A stretch of DNA of 64,000 nt from Candidatus Omnitrophota bacterium (lineage in GTDB: Bacteria; Omnitrophota; Gorgyraeia; Zapsychrales; Fredricksoniimonadaceae), in the NCBI GenBank assembly GCA_903901225.1, contig CAIUQE010000031.1, positions 28,676 to 92,675 on the forward strand. Reading direction: 5' to 3'. This document shows positions 26,750 to 38,951 of this stretch, one piece after another. Numbering within the stretch: the first letter of the stretch is position 1; each line of letters begins with the position of its first letter. The position numbers were made by a program, and so were the translations under genes. The notes under the pieces are model-generated. The model worked only from the letters and a program-made list of their open reading frames with translations. It did no database searches and was not told the origin of the DNA.

Positions 26750-27740
26750 TTTCGATTATGACCTTCCCGTTGAGCGCATCGCGCAATATCCTTCATCTTC
26801 CCGCGATGAAGCCCGTTTGCTGGTGGTCGACCGCCAAACCCGCGGGATCACGCATGACATTTTTCGGAATATAGGCCGTTATCTTCCTTCGTCCAGCCTT
26901 CTGGTCATCAACGACAGCCGGGTGATCCCCGCGCGCCTGTTGGGGACAAAACTTCGTTCGGGCGGTCAGGTGGAGGTTTTCCTTTTGAAAAGAACAGGGG
27001 CACGGTCCTTTGAGGCCATGCTGAGGCCTTTCAAGAAGATCAGGGAGAACGAGACCCTGGTTTTTCCGGGCGGCGTGAACGCGATGCTGACCGACCGTGA
27101 GAGGCGCGTCGTTGAATTTGACCGGGATGACGTGCTCGGCTATCTCGCGAAGCACGGGCATATCCCCCTTCCGCCGTATATCAGGCGGCCCGATGCCCCT
27201 TCGGACAGGATCGATTACCAGACAGTTTATGCCAGGGTGCCGGGGTCGGTGGCGGCGCCTACGGCCGGACTGCATTTCACCGAAGGGCTTATGGCGTCGC
27301 TCCAGTCCGCGGGGCATGTTTTTGCCGGCGTAACGCTCCATGTCAATTACGGCACGTTCAAGCCCGTCGAGGTTGAAGATGTCGTGTCCCACCGCATGCA
27401 TCTGGAACACTACGAGATCCCCGCTGCCTCACGCGATGCGTTGTCCACGGTCCGGGGACGGGGAGGCAAGGTCGTTGCCGTCGGGACAACAAGTTGCCGC
27501 ACCCTTGAGGCCTTTGCCCGGACAGGACGCCCTGAGGACGACACGGACATTTTTCTTTATCCCGGGGCCGTGTTCAGGATGACGGATGTCCTTGTCACGA
27601 ACTTCCATCTTCCCCGCAGTACCCTGCTGATGCTTGTCAGCGCTTTCGGCGGGCCGGAACTTATACGCCAGGCGTATCATGAGGCCATTCTGGAAAAGTA
27701 TAGATTTTACAGTTACGGGGATGCTATGATTGTGACCTGA
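26736..27740 (+). CDS. queA: S-adenosylmethionine:tRNA ribosyltransferase-isomerase
   Basis: MHLRDFDYDLPVERIAQYP N-terminus typical of QueA. Full-length similarity through the C-terminus (AMIVT). Confidence 0.9.
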   Translation: MHLRDFDYDLPVERIAQYPSSSRDEARLLVVDRQTRGITHDIFRNIGRYLPSSSLLVINDSRVIPARLLGTKLRSGGQVEVFLLKRTGARSFEAMLRPFKKIRENETLVFPGGVNAMLTDRERRVVEFDRDDVLGYLAKHGHIPLPPYIRRPDAPSDRIDYQTVYARVPGSVAAPTAGLHFTEGLMASLQSAGHVFAGVTLHVNYGTFKPVEVEDVVSHRMHLEHYEIPAASRDALSTVRGRGGKVVAVGTTSCRTLEAFARTGRPEDDTDIFLYPGAVFRMTDVLVTNFHLPRSTLLMLVSAFGGPELIRQAYHEAILEKYRFYSYGDAMIVT

Positions 27741-27787
27741 ACGCGCGGTCATTTTTCGGCAAGATATTTTCAGAGAGGGGGGCGCTT

Positions 27788-28237
27788 ATGTTCTACTTTG
27801 CTTACGGGTCGAACATGGACCATCATCAGATGATGGTGGAACGTTGTCCGGGAGCAAAATTCATCGGGCCGGCCATCCTCGACGAGTATTGCATTTTCTT
27901 TGACGGTTTTTCGGCCTCATGGGGCGGGGCTGTGGCCAATATTGACAAAGCTGACGAAGATGAGGTCTGGGGCGGGGTGTTTGAGATCACCGAGGATCAC
28001 CTGACGGACCTTGACCGGTATGAGGGGTATCCGCGGTATTATTCCCGCCGGCAGGTCGCGGTGAAGATGGAAGATCACAGCATGTTGCAGGCATGGGTTT
28101 ATTACCGTGAACCGCATCCCACGGGACGCCCTTCCGGCAAATATATCCACGCGGTCATTAAAGGCGCGCGGGAGTGCCGTTTGCCTGAAGATTATATTGC
28201 CGGAGAGTTCGATCACTATGTCCAGGGGAAGGGATAA
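27788..28237 (+). CDS. gamma-glutamylcyclotransferase-like (GGCT/AIG2 family) protein
   Basis: N-terminal YFAYGSNM motif (YGSNL-type). 149 aa, fitting the BtrG/AIG2 fold. Confidence 0.75.
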   Translation: MFYFAYGSNMDHHQMMVERCPGAKFIGPAILDEYCIFFDGFSASWGGAVANIDKADEDEVWGGVFEITEDHLTDLDRYEGYPRYYSRRQVAVKMEDHSMLQAWVYYREPHPTGRPSGKYIHAVIKGARECRLPEDYIAGEFDHYVQGKG

Positions 28238-28241
28238 GGTA

Positions 28242-30769
<2,528 letters not shown>

Positions 30770-30812
30770 AATATTGTCAAGGACGGGAACCAGATCAAGG
30801 AGTTGAAACATT

Positions 30813-32132
30813 ATGAAAACAGGATTATTTGGACAAGAACTGACGATCGCGGAACAGCTCAAGGCGGCGACCTTTGTCGCGCATGCCCGCATCCAGACCT
30901 CGCCTTTTTCACAGGCGCTGGTGGATTGCCAATTGCCGCTGGAATCATATGTCGCGCAATTGCGCGCTTTGTTCGTGATCCATGAAGAATTGGAACGGGC
31001 GCTCGATAATTGCCGTGATGAACGGGTCGCGTCGGTCTGGAGGGGCGATATGCGCCGGTTGCCGCGGCTGCAGAAGGACCTTGAGTATTTCCAGCCGCGC
31101 ATGGTCGCGGACTTGAAAGAGGCGGCGGACGCGGCGCAGCAAGTGGCCGGGTTCATCCGGACGAAGTCGGCCGAACAGCCGCTGAACCTTTTGGGATATC
31201 TTTATGTTCTGGAAGGTTCCACCATTGGGGCTGTTGTGCTCAAGCCGATATTCGCGCGGGCATTCTTGCTCGTGGGCCAGGAAGGCTTGTCGTATCTCCA
31301 TAGCGAGGTCCCCGCGGTCCATGTCCGCTGGGGGCAGTACCAGCAACGCATGAACGCGCTGCGCCTGAATAAAGAGGAAAGCGCGCTTGTTGTCCACGCG
31401 GCCAAAGAGTTCTTTGCTTACGTCGAGACGCTTTTTCAGGTCTTGTACCCGTTCAAGCCGGAGTCCAGGGTCTTTCAGGCGACTTCGATCAATCCCGACG
31501 CGGGGCAGTATCCTGTGCCGAAGGATCCCCGTGAAGTTGAGGCGGCGGTCAAAGCGGGCGATATTTGCTGGGAGAGGTTCCCTTATTTGAAACAGCGCTA
31601 TGGGGAACGCGGGTTGCGCTTTACCCGCAGTGACGCCGCCTGGCTGACCACACTGGCCGGGTGCGACCCGTCGCTGATCATCGGGCAGGTGCGGTGGTTG
31701 AACCGGGTCCTGGCGGGCCGCGGGATGCCGTCCATCGTGATGCAGGTCCAGCTGGAAATGCTCGTCGACACCCTTGTGGACGCCATTCCCGAGCGGAGAT
31801 CCCAATACGAAAAGTTGCTGCTGGCTTCTGCAGATCTCCTTAAACTACGCCGGCAACATCTTTCTGATGAGGCGTTGTTGACGTTGTCGGCGTCGTTCGA
31901 CAGTGCCGTCGGCCCTGAGTTGGCCGCGAAGTTTCCCCGTATGGGTGAACTGATCGTTTGTGCTGTCATCGATGACCAGGCGGGGATCGAGACAGTCGCT
32001 GAGAACGTCCGTCAATGGATGACCGATGCCGCGCGTTTTCCGTCGGAATGGATCCGCGCGGTTGAGTCAACGCTGGCCCAGGCGCGCCAGCAGGCGCACC
32101 CCGCGAAAAGCGCGCCGTCTGAGCACGTTTAG
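30813..32132 (+). CDS. heme-oxygenase-like domain protein with ~230-aa C-terminal extension of unknown function
   Basis: The N-terminal ~200 aa contains the LGYLYVLEGSTIG motif, which resembles the Y-V-x-E-G-S-x-L-G motif of bacterial biliverdin-producing heme oxygenases. The C-terminal half matches no family I know. RBS AAGGAG. Confidence 0.45.
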   Translation: MKTGLFGQELTIAEQLKAATFVAHARIQTSPFSQALVDCQLPLESYVAQLRALFVIHEELERALDNCRDERVASVWRGDMRRLPRLQKDLEYFQPRMVADLKEAADAAQQVAGFIRTKSAEQPLNLLGYLYVLEGSTIGAVVLKPIFARAFLLVGQEGLSYLHSEVPAVHVRWGQYQQRMNALRLNKEESALVVHAAKEFFAYVETLFQVLYPFKPESRVFQATSINPDAGQYPVPKDPREVEAAVKAGDICWERFPYLKQRYGERGLRFTRSDAAWLTTLAGCDPSLIIGQVRWLNRVLAGRGMPSIVMQVQLEMLVDTLVDAIPERRSQYEKLLLASADLLKLRRQHLSDEALLTLSASFDSAVGPELAAKFPRMGELIVCAVIDDQAGIETVAENVRQWMTDAARFPSEWIRAVESTLAQARQQAHPAKSAPSEHV

Positions 32133-32150
32133 AAGAAAGGAGCATCACCC

Positions 32151-32870
32151 ATGTCTAAAGATATCAAAGAGGCACCGGCCTTCCTTTTTGTTTTGTTCCT
32201 TGTGACTGTTTTTTTGTCGGAGGCAGTGGTTATCCTCCTGTTGCGTCATTTTGGCCGCGCGTTGCCCGACCCGGTGGCGATCGCCGTGGGCAGCGCCTTA
32301 TTTGCGGGTGCCGTTGGGCTGGTCCTTTACATGTTTGTTTTTCGCCTTCTCGTGCGCGAGGCGGAACAACGCGCGCAGGCACAACAGTTATTGCTGGAGA
32401 AAGATCAGGGGTTGAAGGCGGCCCTTCACCGGGCTGATGCGCTTCACCAGCAATTGAATACGGCTAACCAGCGGCTTGATGCCGTTAACCAGGAATTGGA
32501 AACTTCCCGTCAGAAAGCCAATGCCGCCGACCAGAAATTGAATGCCGTTGGCCGGCAATTGGCCGCCTATGAGCAGGAAATTGCGGGGTTGAACCAGAAA
32601 CTCTCGGCCAGTGAACAGAAGTTGAAGGCGGCGAAGACGGGGCTGGAGGAGAAAGCCAAAGAACATGCCAAAGAATTGAATGATGCCAGGGCTTCTTTCG
32701 AAGCTGAGGCCGAGAAAATGGCACAGAAGTTGCAGGTGAAAAAGAAGGAAGATGAGAAAGTGAACGCTCAGATGGGTGAACGCGAATACAGGGTCATAGA
32801 ACTCAAAAAAGAAGTGAACAAGTTATCCAAAGAGCTCGGGCAGCCGGAGCCGTATTTTGGGGGCGTGTGA
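32151..32870 (+). CDS. membrane-anchored coiled-coil protein with 11-residue (hendecad) repeats
   Basis: Two N-terminal TM helices, then about 6 tandem 11-aa repeats ([33 protein letters not shown]/...) that are visible as 33-nt periodicity in the DNA. A K/E-rich tail follows. Confidence 0.6.
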   Translation: MSKDIKEAPAFLFVLFLVTVFLSEAVVILLLRHFGRALPDPVAIAVGSALFAGAVGLVLYMFVFRLLVREAEQRAQAQQLLLEKDQGLKAALHRADALHQQLNTANQRLDAVNQELETSRQKANAADQKLNAVGRQLAAYEQEIAGLNQKLSASEQKLKAAKTGLEEKAKEHAKELNDARASFEAEAEKMAQKLQVKKKEDEKVNAQMGEREYRVIELKKEVNKLSKELGQPEPYFGGV

Positions 32871-32965
32871 AACCGGGGGACACACATTTATTTCCGGGAG
32901 AGTTAATTTCCAGAGGGTCGATCGACTTTGGCGGTATAATACAGGTAACCGACCAGGGGGGATGT

Positions 32966-33496
32966 ATGGAAAACCGTAACCATGCGCTTAGAATTTTTAG
33001 GACGTTCCTGGTCGCGCTAGGGATGACCAGTTGTGTGACGAATGTGGGGGCGGCCATGAATGATAAAGATCTTTCTACGTGTGATCTGAAGTCGCGCCTG
33101 ACGCCTGAGCAATATCAGGTGACCCAGGAAAGCGGGACAGAAGTGCCTTTTCATAATGCCTATTGGCAGGAACATCGCGAGGGGATTTACGTGGATGTCG
33201 TGACGGGCAAGGTTCTTTTCAGTTCCAAAGACAAGTTTGATTCCGGTACGGGTTGGCCAAGTTTTACCCAGCCTGTGCAGGCGGATGTCGTGAGCGAGAA
33301 AACTGATGCCGCGCATGGCATGGCCCGCACGGAAGTCCGTAACGCGGACGGGTCAGCGCACTTGGGCCATGTTTTTGATGACGGCCCGGCGCCGACGCGA
33401 CGGCGTTATTGCATCAACTCAGCCGCGCTTAAATTCATCCCGCGGCAGGACCTTGAAAAAGAAGGTTACGGACAATATCGCCGGCTGTTTGAATGA
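32966..33496 (+). CDS. msrB: peptide-methionine (R)-S-oxide reductase, exported
   Basis: GWPSF and RYCINSA motifs. An N-terminal signal/lipoprotein-like peptide (LVALGMTSC). Start at ATG 32966 after an AGGGGGG RBS. Confidence 0.85.
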   Translation: MENRNHALRIFRTFLVALGMTSCVTNVGAAMNDKDLSTCDLKSRLTPEQYQVTQESGTEVPFHNAYWQEHREGIYVDVVTGKVLFSSKDKFDSGTGWPSFTQPVQADVVSEKTDAAHGMARTEVRNADGSAHLGHVFDDGPAPTRRRYCINSAALKFIPRQDLEKEGYGQYRRLFE

Positions 33497-34095
33497 GGTT
33501 GCGGATGAAGGCGCTGGGGATTCTATTAATACTAGGGGTTCTTATGACAAGCGTCAGCCTGGCGGAGAATGTGCCCGCGACATCGAAGAAAGCCGTATTC
33601 GCCGGAGGTTGTTTCTGGTGCCTCCAGCCCGGGTTTGATCACACGCAGGGGGTCCTTGCCACTACGGTGGGGTATACCGGCGGGCAGGTATCGACGCCAA
33701 CGTATGAACAGGTTTGCGCCGGCTCAACAGGGCACCTGGAGGCCATTGAGGTCGTTTATGACCCGGCGGTCGTGGCGTACGAAAAACTGGTGGATATTTT
33801 TTGGCGCTCAGTTGACCCCACGGACGATGGTGGCCAGTTCGCTGACCGGGGGAGCCAGTACCGGACCGCGATCTTTTACGCGGATGATGGACAGAAGCGC
33901 CTCGCCGAAGAGGCCGTGCGCCGCCTGGCCGCGTCAGGAAAGTTCACGAAGCCCATTATGACAAGGGTCCTGCCTGCCGCGGTGTTCTATCCCGCCGAGA
34001 CATATCACCAGAAATATTACCTGAAACAGTCCGGACGTTACAATGATTACAAGAACGGTTCCGGGCGCGCGGATTTCCTGAAGAAGGCCTGGTGA
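33493..34095 (+). CDS. msrA: peptide-methionine (S)-S-oxide reductase, exported
   Basis: GCFWC active-site motif and an N-terminal signal peptide ([20 protein letters not shown]). Its start overlaps the msrB stop. Confidence 0.9.
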   Translation: MRLRMKALGILLILGVLMTSVSLAENVPATSKKAVFAGGCFWCLQPGFDHTQGVLATTVGYTGGQVSTPTYEQVCAGSTGHLEAIEVVYDPAVVAYEKLVDIFWRSVDPTDDGGQFADRGSQYRTAIFYADDGQKRLAEEAVRRLAASGKFTKPIMTRVLPAAVFYPAETYHQKYYLKQSGRYNDYKNGSGRADFLKKAW

Positions 34096-34121
34096 GGCAG
34101 ATCGCTTTTCCACATATCCCT

Positions 34122-34162
34122 TGACACATTGATTAGCGATGCTAAAGTTTAGTGACGCTAAT
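34122..34162 (+). promoter_or_regulatory. marR promoter with two overlapping palindromic operator candidates
   Basis: TTGACA (34122-34127) with a TAAAGT -10 candidate 16 nt downstream. The palindromes TTAGCGATGCTAA (34134-34146) and TTAGTGACGCTAA (34150-34162) overlap the -10 and the start region, as is typical for MarR autoregulation. Confidence 0.45.
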
Positions 34163-34204
34163 GATGTTGGCGTATTCATCCACCTTAAGATCGAAAGCCA
34201 CCCG

Positions 34205-34624
34205 ATGAAGACCATTCACGCCATTGCCGAAGAAGTCGCGATGATCGGCCCCCAGATAGGGCGCCGTATCATGGCTGACCTCGCCCAGGTCGCGGATATA
34301 CCGCATGCCCAGCTGTGCGTGGTGATGCTGTTGTTCCACCAGGGCCCCAAGCACCTTTCGGATATCTGCCAGCAGATGAAGGTTTCCGCGCCCACGGCCA
34401 CCGGTATCGTGACCCGCCTGGAGAAGTCGGGGTTTGTCAGCCGTACGGCTGACATCAAGGATCGCCGCGCGGTTGTCGTCTGCCTTACCGCGGATGGGCG
34501 CAAACTTACGCAAAAGATGCGCGCGGTCGTCGTCAAACGCTGGACCGATATTTTCCTGAAGATATCCCGTGAAGATGCCCAGAAATACCTTGAGATATTA
34601 AAGAAGATCAGTGAGGCCATATGA
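34205..34624 (+). CDS. MarR-family transcriptional regulator
   Basis: Winged-HTH region (LSDICQQMKVSAPTATGIVTRLEKSGFVSRTADIKDRRAVVVCLTADG). The start is ambiguous between ATG 34139 and ATG 34205. Confidence 0.8.
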   Translation: MKTIHAIAEEVAMIGPQIGRRIMADLAQVADIPHAQLCVVMLLFHQGPKHLSDICQQMKVSAPTATGIVTRLEKSGFVSRTADIKDRRAVVVCLTADGRKLTQKMRAVVVKRWTDIFLKISREDAQKYLEILKKISEAI

Positions 34625-35883
34625 CAAAGAAACTCTGGTTGGTGGTGTTGTTCTCTTTCATGACAGTCGCGGCGTCGGCCGACGCGCCGCCGGTGCCAAC
34701 GGCCGGAGACGGATTGACGCTGCGGGAGTGCTACGCGCTGGCCCTCAAGCGCAGCGAGACCATTGCTATTCAGAAGGAATATGTCAAGGAAACGGAAGGC
34801 CAGCTCCTGCAGGCGTTCAGCGCGGCGTTGCCGAGGGTGGCATTCGCGTATTCGGAAAAATGGCAGGATATCACGCATAACAACACTTTCGGCGGGGCTT
34901 CGCCGGAGGGAAAGTTCACCTTCACCCAGCCATTATTCTCCGGCTTCAAGGAGTTCGCGGCCATTGCGGCGACCCGGCATCTTGGCAAGCAGCGCCAGCT
35001 TGAGCTCAAGCGCGCCCGTGAATTGCTGTTCACGGATGTGGCCGATGCGTTCTATCTCTATGCCAGTTATCAGGACAGCCTGGATGTTCTGGAACTGACC
35101 CACAAGGCATTGTTGGATCGTGTGGACGAACTCAAGCGGCGCGAAGCCATCGGCCGCTCGCGTTCCAGCGAGGTGGCCAGCGCCCTGGCCAAGCTTTATA
35201 GCAATGAAGCGGCCATGGAAGGTGTGCGCGGCCAGAAAAGCCTGACGGGTGAGCTGGTGGAATTCCTTATCGGAAGAACTTTTGAGAAACTCAGTCCGGA
35301 AGACCTGCCGTCGAAGGATGTCCCGGCCGAAGAGCTTTACCCGAAGGCCGCGGCGCGTGCCGATGTGCAGGCGGCCCGGGAGAACCTGGAGCTTTTCAGG
35401 AATAATGTCACGGTCATGCGCGCGCAATTTTTTCCGACCGTTACCCTTTCCGGCAATTCCTACACCAAACGCCTTGACGCGAATGAAGGCAATGACTGGG
35501 ATGCCACGCTCGCGGTCAATGTGCCTTTGTTCAACGGGTTGAACGATTTTGGCCAGGTCAACCAGGCCAGGGCCCAGTTCCATGAAGCGGACTTCCAGCT
35601 GTCCCGGGCGACGCGCCAGGCCCTGCTGGAGATCCGAAACGCGTATACCCGTTTGTTGTCGGCACGTGAAAGGTTCAAGGCCCTTGACCGGGCGGTTGAT
35701 GGTTACGAGAAAAATTATGAGCTCCAGGCGCAGGATTTCCAGAAGAGCCTGGTGAGCAACCTTGATGTCCTTCAGGCGATCCAGGACCTTCAGGGCGCGC
35801 GCAGCGACCGTGTCACGGGTAAGACCGATGAACAGCGGGCGTACTGGAACCTGAAAGTCGCCACGGGAGAGGTTGAGTTATGA
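34621..35883 (+). CDS. TolC-like outer membrane efflux factor (OMF)
   Basis: Signal peptide, then two tandem OEP repeats with coiled-coil segments (LTLRECYALALKRSETIAI...; second half ...AEELYPKAAARADVQAAREN). Confidence 0.8.
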   Translation: MTKKLWLVVLFSFMTVAASADAPPVPTAGDGLTLRECYALALKRSETIAIQKEYVKETEGQLLQAFSAALPRVAFAYSEKWQDITHNNTFGGASPEGKFTFTQPLFSGFKEFAAIAATRHLGKQRQLELKRARELLFTDVADAFYLYASYQDSLDVLELTHKALLDRVDELKRREAIGRSRSSEVASALAKLYSNEAAMEGVRGQKSLTGELVEFLIGRTFEKLSPEDLPSKDVPAEELYPKAAARADVQAARENLELFRNNVTVMRAQFFPTVTLSGNSYTKRLDANEGNDWDATLAVNVPLFNGLNDFGQVNQARAQFHEADFQLSRATRQALLEIRNAYTRLLSARERFKALDRAVDGYEKNYELQAQDFQKSLVSNLDVLQAIQDLQGARSDRVTGKTDEQRAYWNLKVATGEVEL

Positions 35884-38800
35884 CATTAGCCGATATTTCG
35901 ATCAAACGCCCCGTTTTTGCCTGGATGGTCATGCTGGGGCTTATGGCCTTTGGCCTTTTTTCCTTTTACCAGATGGGTGTCAGCCAGTTGCCGAACGTGG
36001 ATTTCCCCGTTGTTTCCGTGAACCTGACGTGGCAGGGCGCGGCACCGGAGGTCATGGAAACGGACGTGGTCGACCAGGTCGAGCAGGCGGTCATGGGCGT
36101 GCAGGGGATCAAGGATATCTCTTCTTCCGTCAGGGTGGGTTCGGCGACGATCACGCTCGAGTTCGAGTTGGGCCGCAATATTGATTTTGCGGTCCAGGAA
36201 GTGCAGAACAAGATCATGCAGGTCCAGCGGTTGCTGCCCCAGGATATGGACCCGCCCACGATCACCAAGGTGAATCCGGCGGAACAGCCGATCATCTGGA
36301 TCGCGGTCACGGGGGAGCGCCCCCTGCGCGAGCTGATGGAATATGTCCAGAACCGCCTGTCGGACAAGTTTTCCTCGTTAACGGGTGTGGGCGAGGTCGT
36401 GCTTGGTGGTTATGTCGACCCTAATCTGCGCGTGTGGATCGACACCAAGAAGCTCCAGGCATACGAGCTGACGGCGCATGATGTGATCAACGCGATCAGC
36501 CAGGAGCACGCGGAGCTGCCCGCGGGCCGCATTGAGACTTCGCTGCGTGAACAGGATGTCCGGGTCATGGGTGAGGCCAGGAATCCGCAGGAGTTCGGCG
36601 ACCTTCTTATCGCCCAGCGCAACGGCCAGTCCAATTATCGTCCGATCTACATCAAGGATGTGGCGACGGTCGAGGACGGCCTGGCCGATATCCGCCGCAT
36701 TTCGCGTTTCAACGGCGTGCAGTCGATCGGTCTTGGCATCAAGAAACAGCCCGGCACCAACGAGGTCGAGATAGCGCACAAGGTCAAGGAGCGCCTGGCC
36801 CAGATCCAGAAGGAATTGCCCGAGGGCATGCATGCCGGCATTGTCGTGGACCGCACCAAATTCATCGAGGATTCGATCCACGAGCTGATGTTCACGTTGA
36901 TGTTATCGGCGCTGGTGACATCCCTTGTTTGCTGGATATTCCTGGGGTCATGGAGCGCCACGGTGAACATCCTGCTGGCTATCCCGACATCGATCCTGGG
37001 GACGTTTTTAGTCGCGAAGTTCTTTCATTTCACGCTCAACACGTTCACGGTCCTTGGGCTGTCTTTGGCCATCGGCATTGTGGTCGATGACTCGATCATG
37101 GTCCTGGAGAATATTGTCCGTTACAGGGAGAACGGTTACCCGCGGCTGGAGGGGGCGCAGGAAGGGGCCCGCCAGATAACCGGCGCCGCCATGGCCACGA
37201 CGCTGGCCATGATCGCGATCTTTATCCCTGTCATTTTCATGTCCGGCATCATGGGGAAATTCTTTTATGAATTCGGCGTGACCATTTCCGTGGCTGTGGC
37301 GCTTTCGCTTCTCGAAGCGCTCATGCTGACACCCATGCGCTGTTCACAATTTTTGACGATCCATGAACGGACTACCTTTTTCGGGAAGGGTGTCGATCAT
37401 ATTTTCAAGGTGTTGGCCAAGATCTACCGCGCGGGACTGGGTTGGGCACTGCGTTTCCGCTGGCTGGTCATCCTTGTGTCGGTGCTGATATTCGCGGGTT
37501 CGCTCAAGCTGGTGGGGCTCATGCGCAGTGAATTTGTGCCCGCGCAGGACCAAAGCATGTTCATGGCGTCGATCAAGACACCGCCGGGATCATCCATCGA
37601 TTATACCAATGGCCGCTTTCGTGAGCTCGAGAAGGTCATTGCCAGCCATCCCGAGGTATTGCGGTATTTTGAGGCGATCGGCGGGTTTTCCGGCGGCGAT
37701 GTCAATCAGGGGATATTTTTTATCACCTTGAAAGAACCCGCGGCGCGTCCTGTTGTCAACGGGCATCATATCAAGCAGGGCGAGGTCATGGCGGCGTTCC
37801 GCAAGGAATTCAACAAGGTCAAGGATGTGAAGGCGTTCATGCAGGATCTTTCGCTCAGCGGGTTCTCCGCCAAGCGCGGGTTTCCCATTGAATTGACCGT
37901 GGCAGGCCCCGACTGGGACAAGCTGGTAGATTATTCCATGCAGATCAAGGACCGCATGGCCAAGAGCGGGCTGATGCTCGACGTGGACACGGATTACCTG
38001 GTCGGGGCTTCCGAGATCCAGGTGGTCCCCAACCGTCAGAAAGCTGACGAACATGGTGTTTCTGTCGGAACGATCGGCGAAGCGGTCAATCTGCTGATCG
38101 GTGGTGACCGTGTCGCGAAATACACCAGTGGCGGGCGCCGGTATGACGTGCGCGTGCGCCTCGTCCCTGATCAGCGCAGCAAGATGGAACATATCGAGGA
38201 CCTTTGGGTCTGGAACAACCGCGGTGAGCGGGTCCAGTTGAAGGATGTCGTGGATGTGACTGAAAAACCGACGGCACTGTCGATCACCCGTCGTATGCGC
38301 GAACGCGCGGTGTCGCTTTTTGCCAATGTGGCTCCCGGCCAGTCGCAGACCGACGCGATCGCCTTCACCCTTAAGGCTTCCAAAGAAGTCCTTCCCGAAG
38401 GGTATCATATGTCCCTGAGCGGCAGCGCCCAGACGTATAAAGAATCTTCCGGCGGGATGGCCCTGGTCTTTGTGATGGGGTTGATCGTGGCGTACATGGT
38501 GCTGGGGTCGCAGTTCAACAGTTTCCTGCACCCTCTGATCATCATGATCGCGTTGCCCTTCAGTATCTCCGGGGCGGTTGTCGCGCTCCTGGCGGGCGGG
38601 CAGTCGATGAACATGTACAGCATCATCGGTGTTATCCTGCTCATGGGGATCGTCAAGAAGAACTCGATCCTTCTGGTTGATTTCACCAACCAGGTGAGGG
38701 CCGAGGGCAAGGGCGTGGAAGAAGCGCTCGTGACCGCGTGCCCGATCCGTTTACGGCCGATCCTGATGACATCCATCGCCACCATCGTGGCGGCTATCCC

Positions 38801-38951
38801 TCCGGCCATGGCGATGGGGCCGGGCGCGGAGATCCGCATCCCCATGGCCATCGCGGTCATCGGGGGCGTCATCGTGTCAACGTTCTTCACGCTGTTCGTG
38901 GTCCCGTGCGTTTACCGCGTGACCGCGCGTGACGCGGCCGGGAAAAAATAA
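35880..38951 (+). CDS. RND-family efflux permease (AcrB/HAE type)
   Basis: 1023 aa, 12 TM helices with two large periplasmic loops. AcrB-like N-terminus (ISIKRPVFAWMVMLGL) and a conserved TM4 region (GLSLAIGIVVDDSIMVLENI). Confidence 0.9.
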   Translation: MTLADISIKRPVFAWMVMLGLMAFGLFSFYQMGVSQLPNVDFPVVSVNLTWQGAAPEVMETDVVDQVEQAVMGVQGIKDISSSVRVGSATITLEFELGRNIDFAVQEVQNKIMQVQRLLPQDMDPPTITKVNPAEQPIIWIAVTGERPLRELMEYVQNRLSDKFSSLTGVGEVVLGGYVDPNLRVWIDTKKLQAYELTAHDVINAISQEHAELPAGRIETSLREQDVRVMGEARNPQEFGDLLIAQRNGQSNYRPIYIKDVATVEDGLADIRRISRFNGVQSIGLGIKKQPGTNEVEIAHKVKERLAQIQKELPEGMHAGIVVDRTKFIEDSIHELMFTLMLSALVTSLVCWIFLGSWSATVNILLAIPTSILGTFLVAKFFHFTLNTFTVLGLSLAIGIVVDDSIMVLENIVRYRENGYPRLEGAQEGARQITGAAMATTLAMIAIFIPVIFMSGIMGKFFYEFGVTISVAVALSLLEALMLTPMRCSQFLTIHERTTFFGKGVDHIFKVLAKIYRAGLGWALRFRWLVILVSVLIFAGSLKLVGLMRSEFVPAQDQSMFMASIKTPPGSSIDYTNGRFRELEKVIASHPEVLRYFEAIGGFSGGDVNQGIFFITLKEPAARPVVNGHHIKQGEVMAAFRKEFNKVKDVKAFMQDLSLSGFSAKRGFPIELTVAGPDWDKLVDYSMQIKDRMAKSGLMLDVDTDYLVGASEIQVVPNRQKADEHGVSVGTIGEAVNLLIGGDRVAKYTSGGRRYDVRVRLVPDQRSKMEHIEDLWVWNNRGERVQLKDVVDVTEKPTALSITRRMRERAVSLFANVAPGQSQTDAIAFTLKASKEVLPEGYHMSLSGSAQTYKESSGGMALVFVMGLIVAYMVLGSQFNSFLHPLIIMIALPFSISGAVVALLAGGQSMNMYSIIGVILLMGIVKKNSILLVDFTNQVRAEGKGVEEALVTACPIRLRPILMTSIATIVAAIPPAMAMGPGAEIRIPMAIAVIGGVIVSTFFTLFVVPCVYRVTARDAAGKK

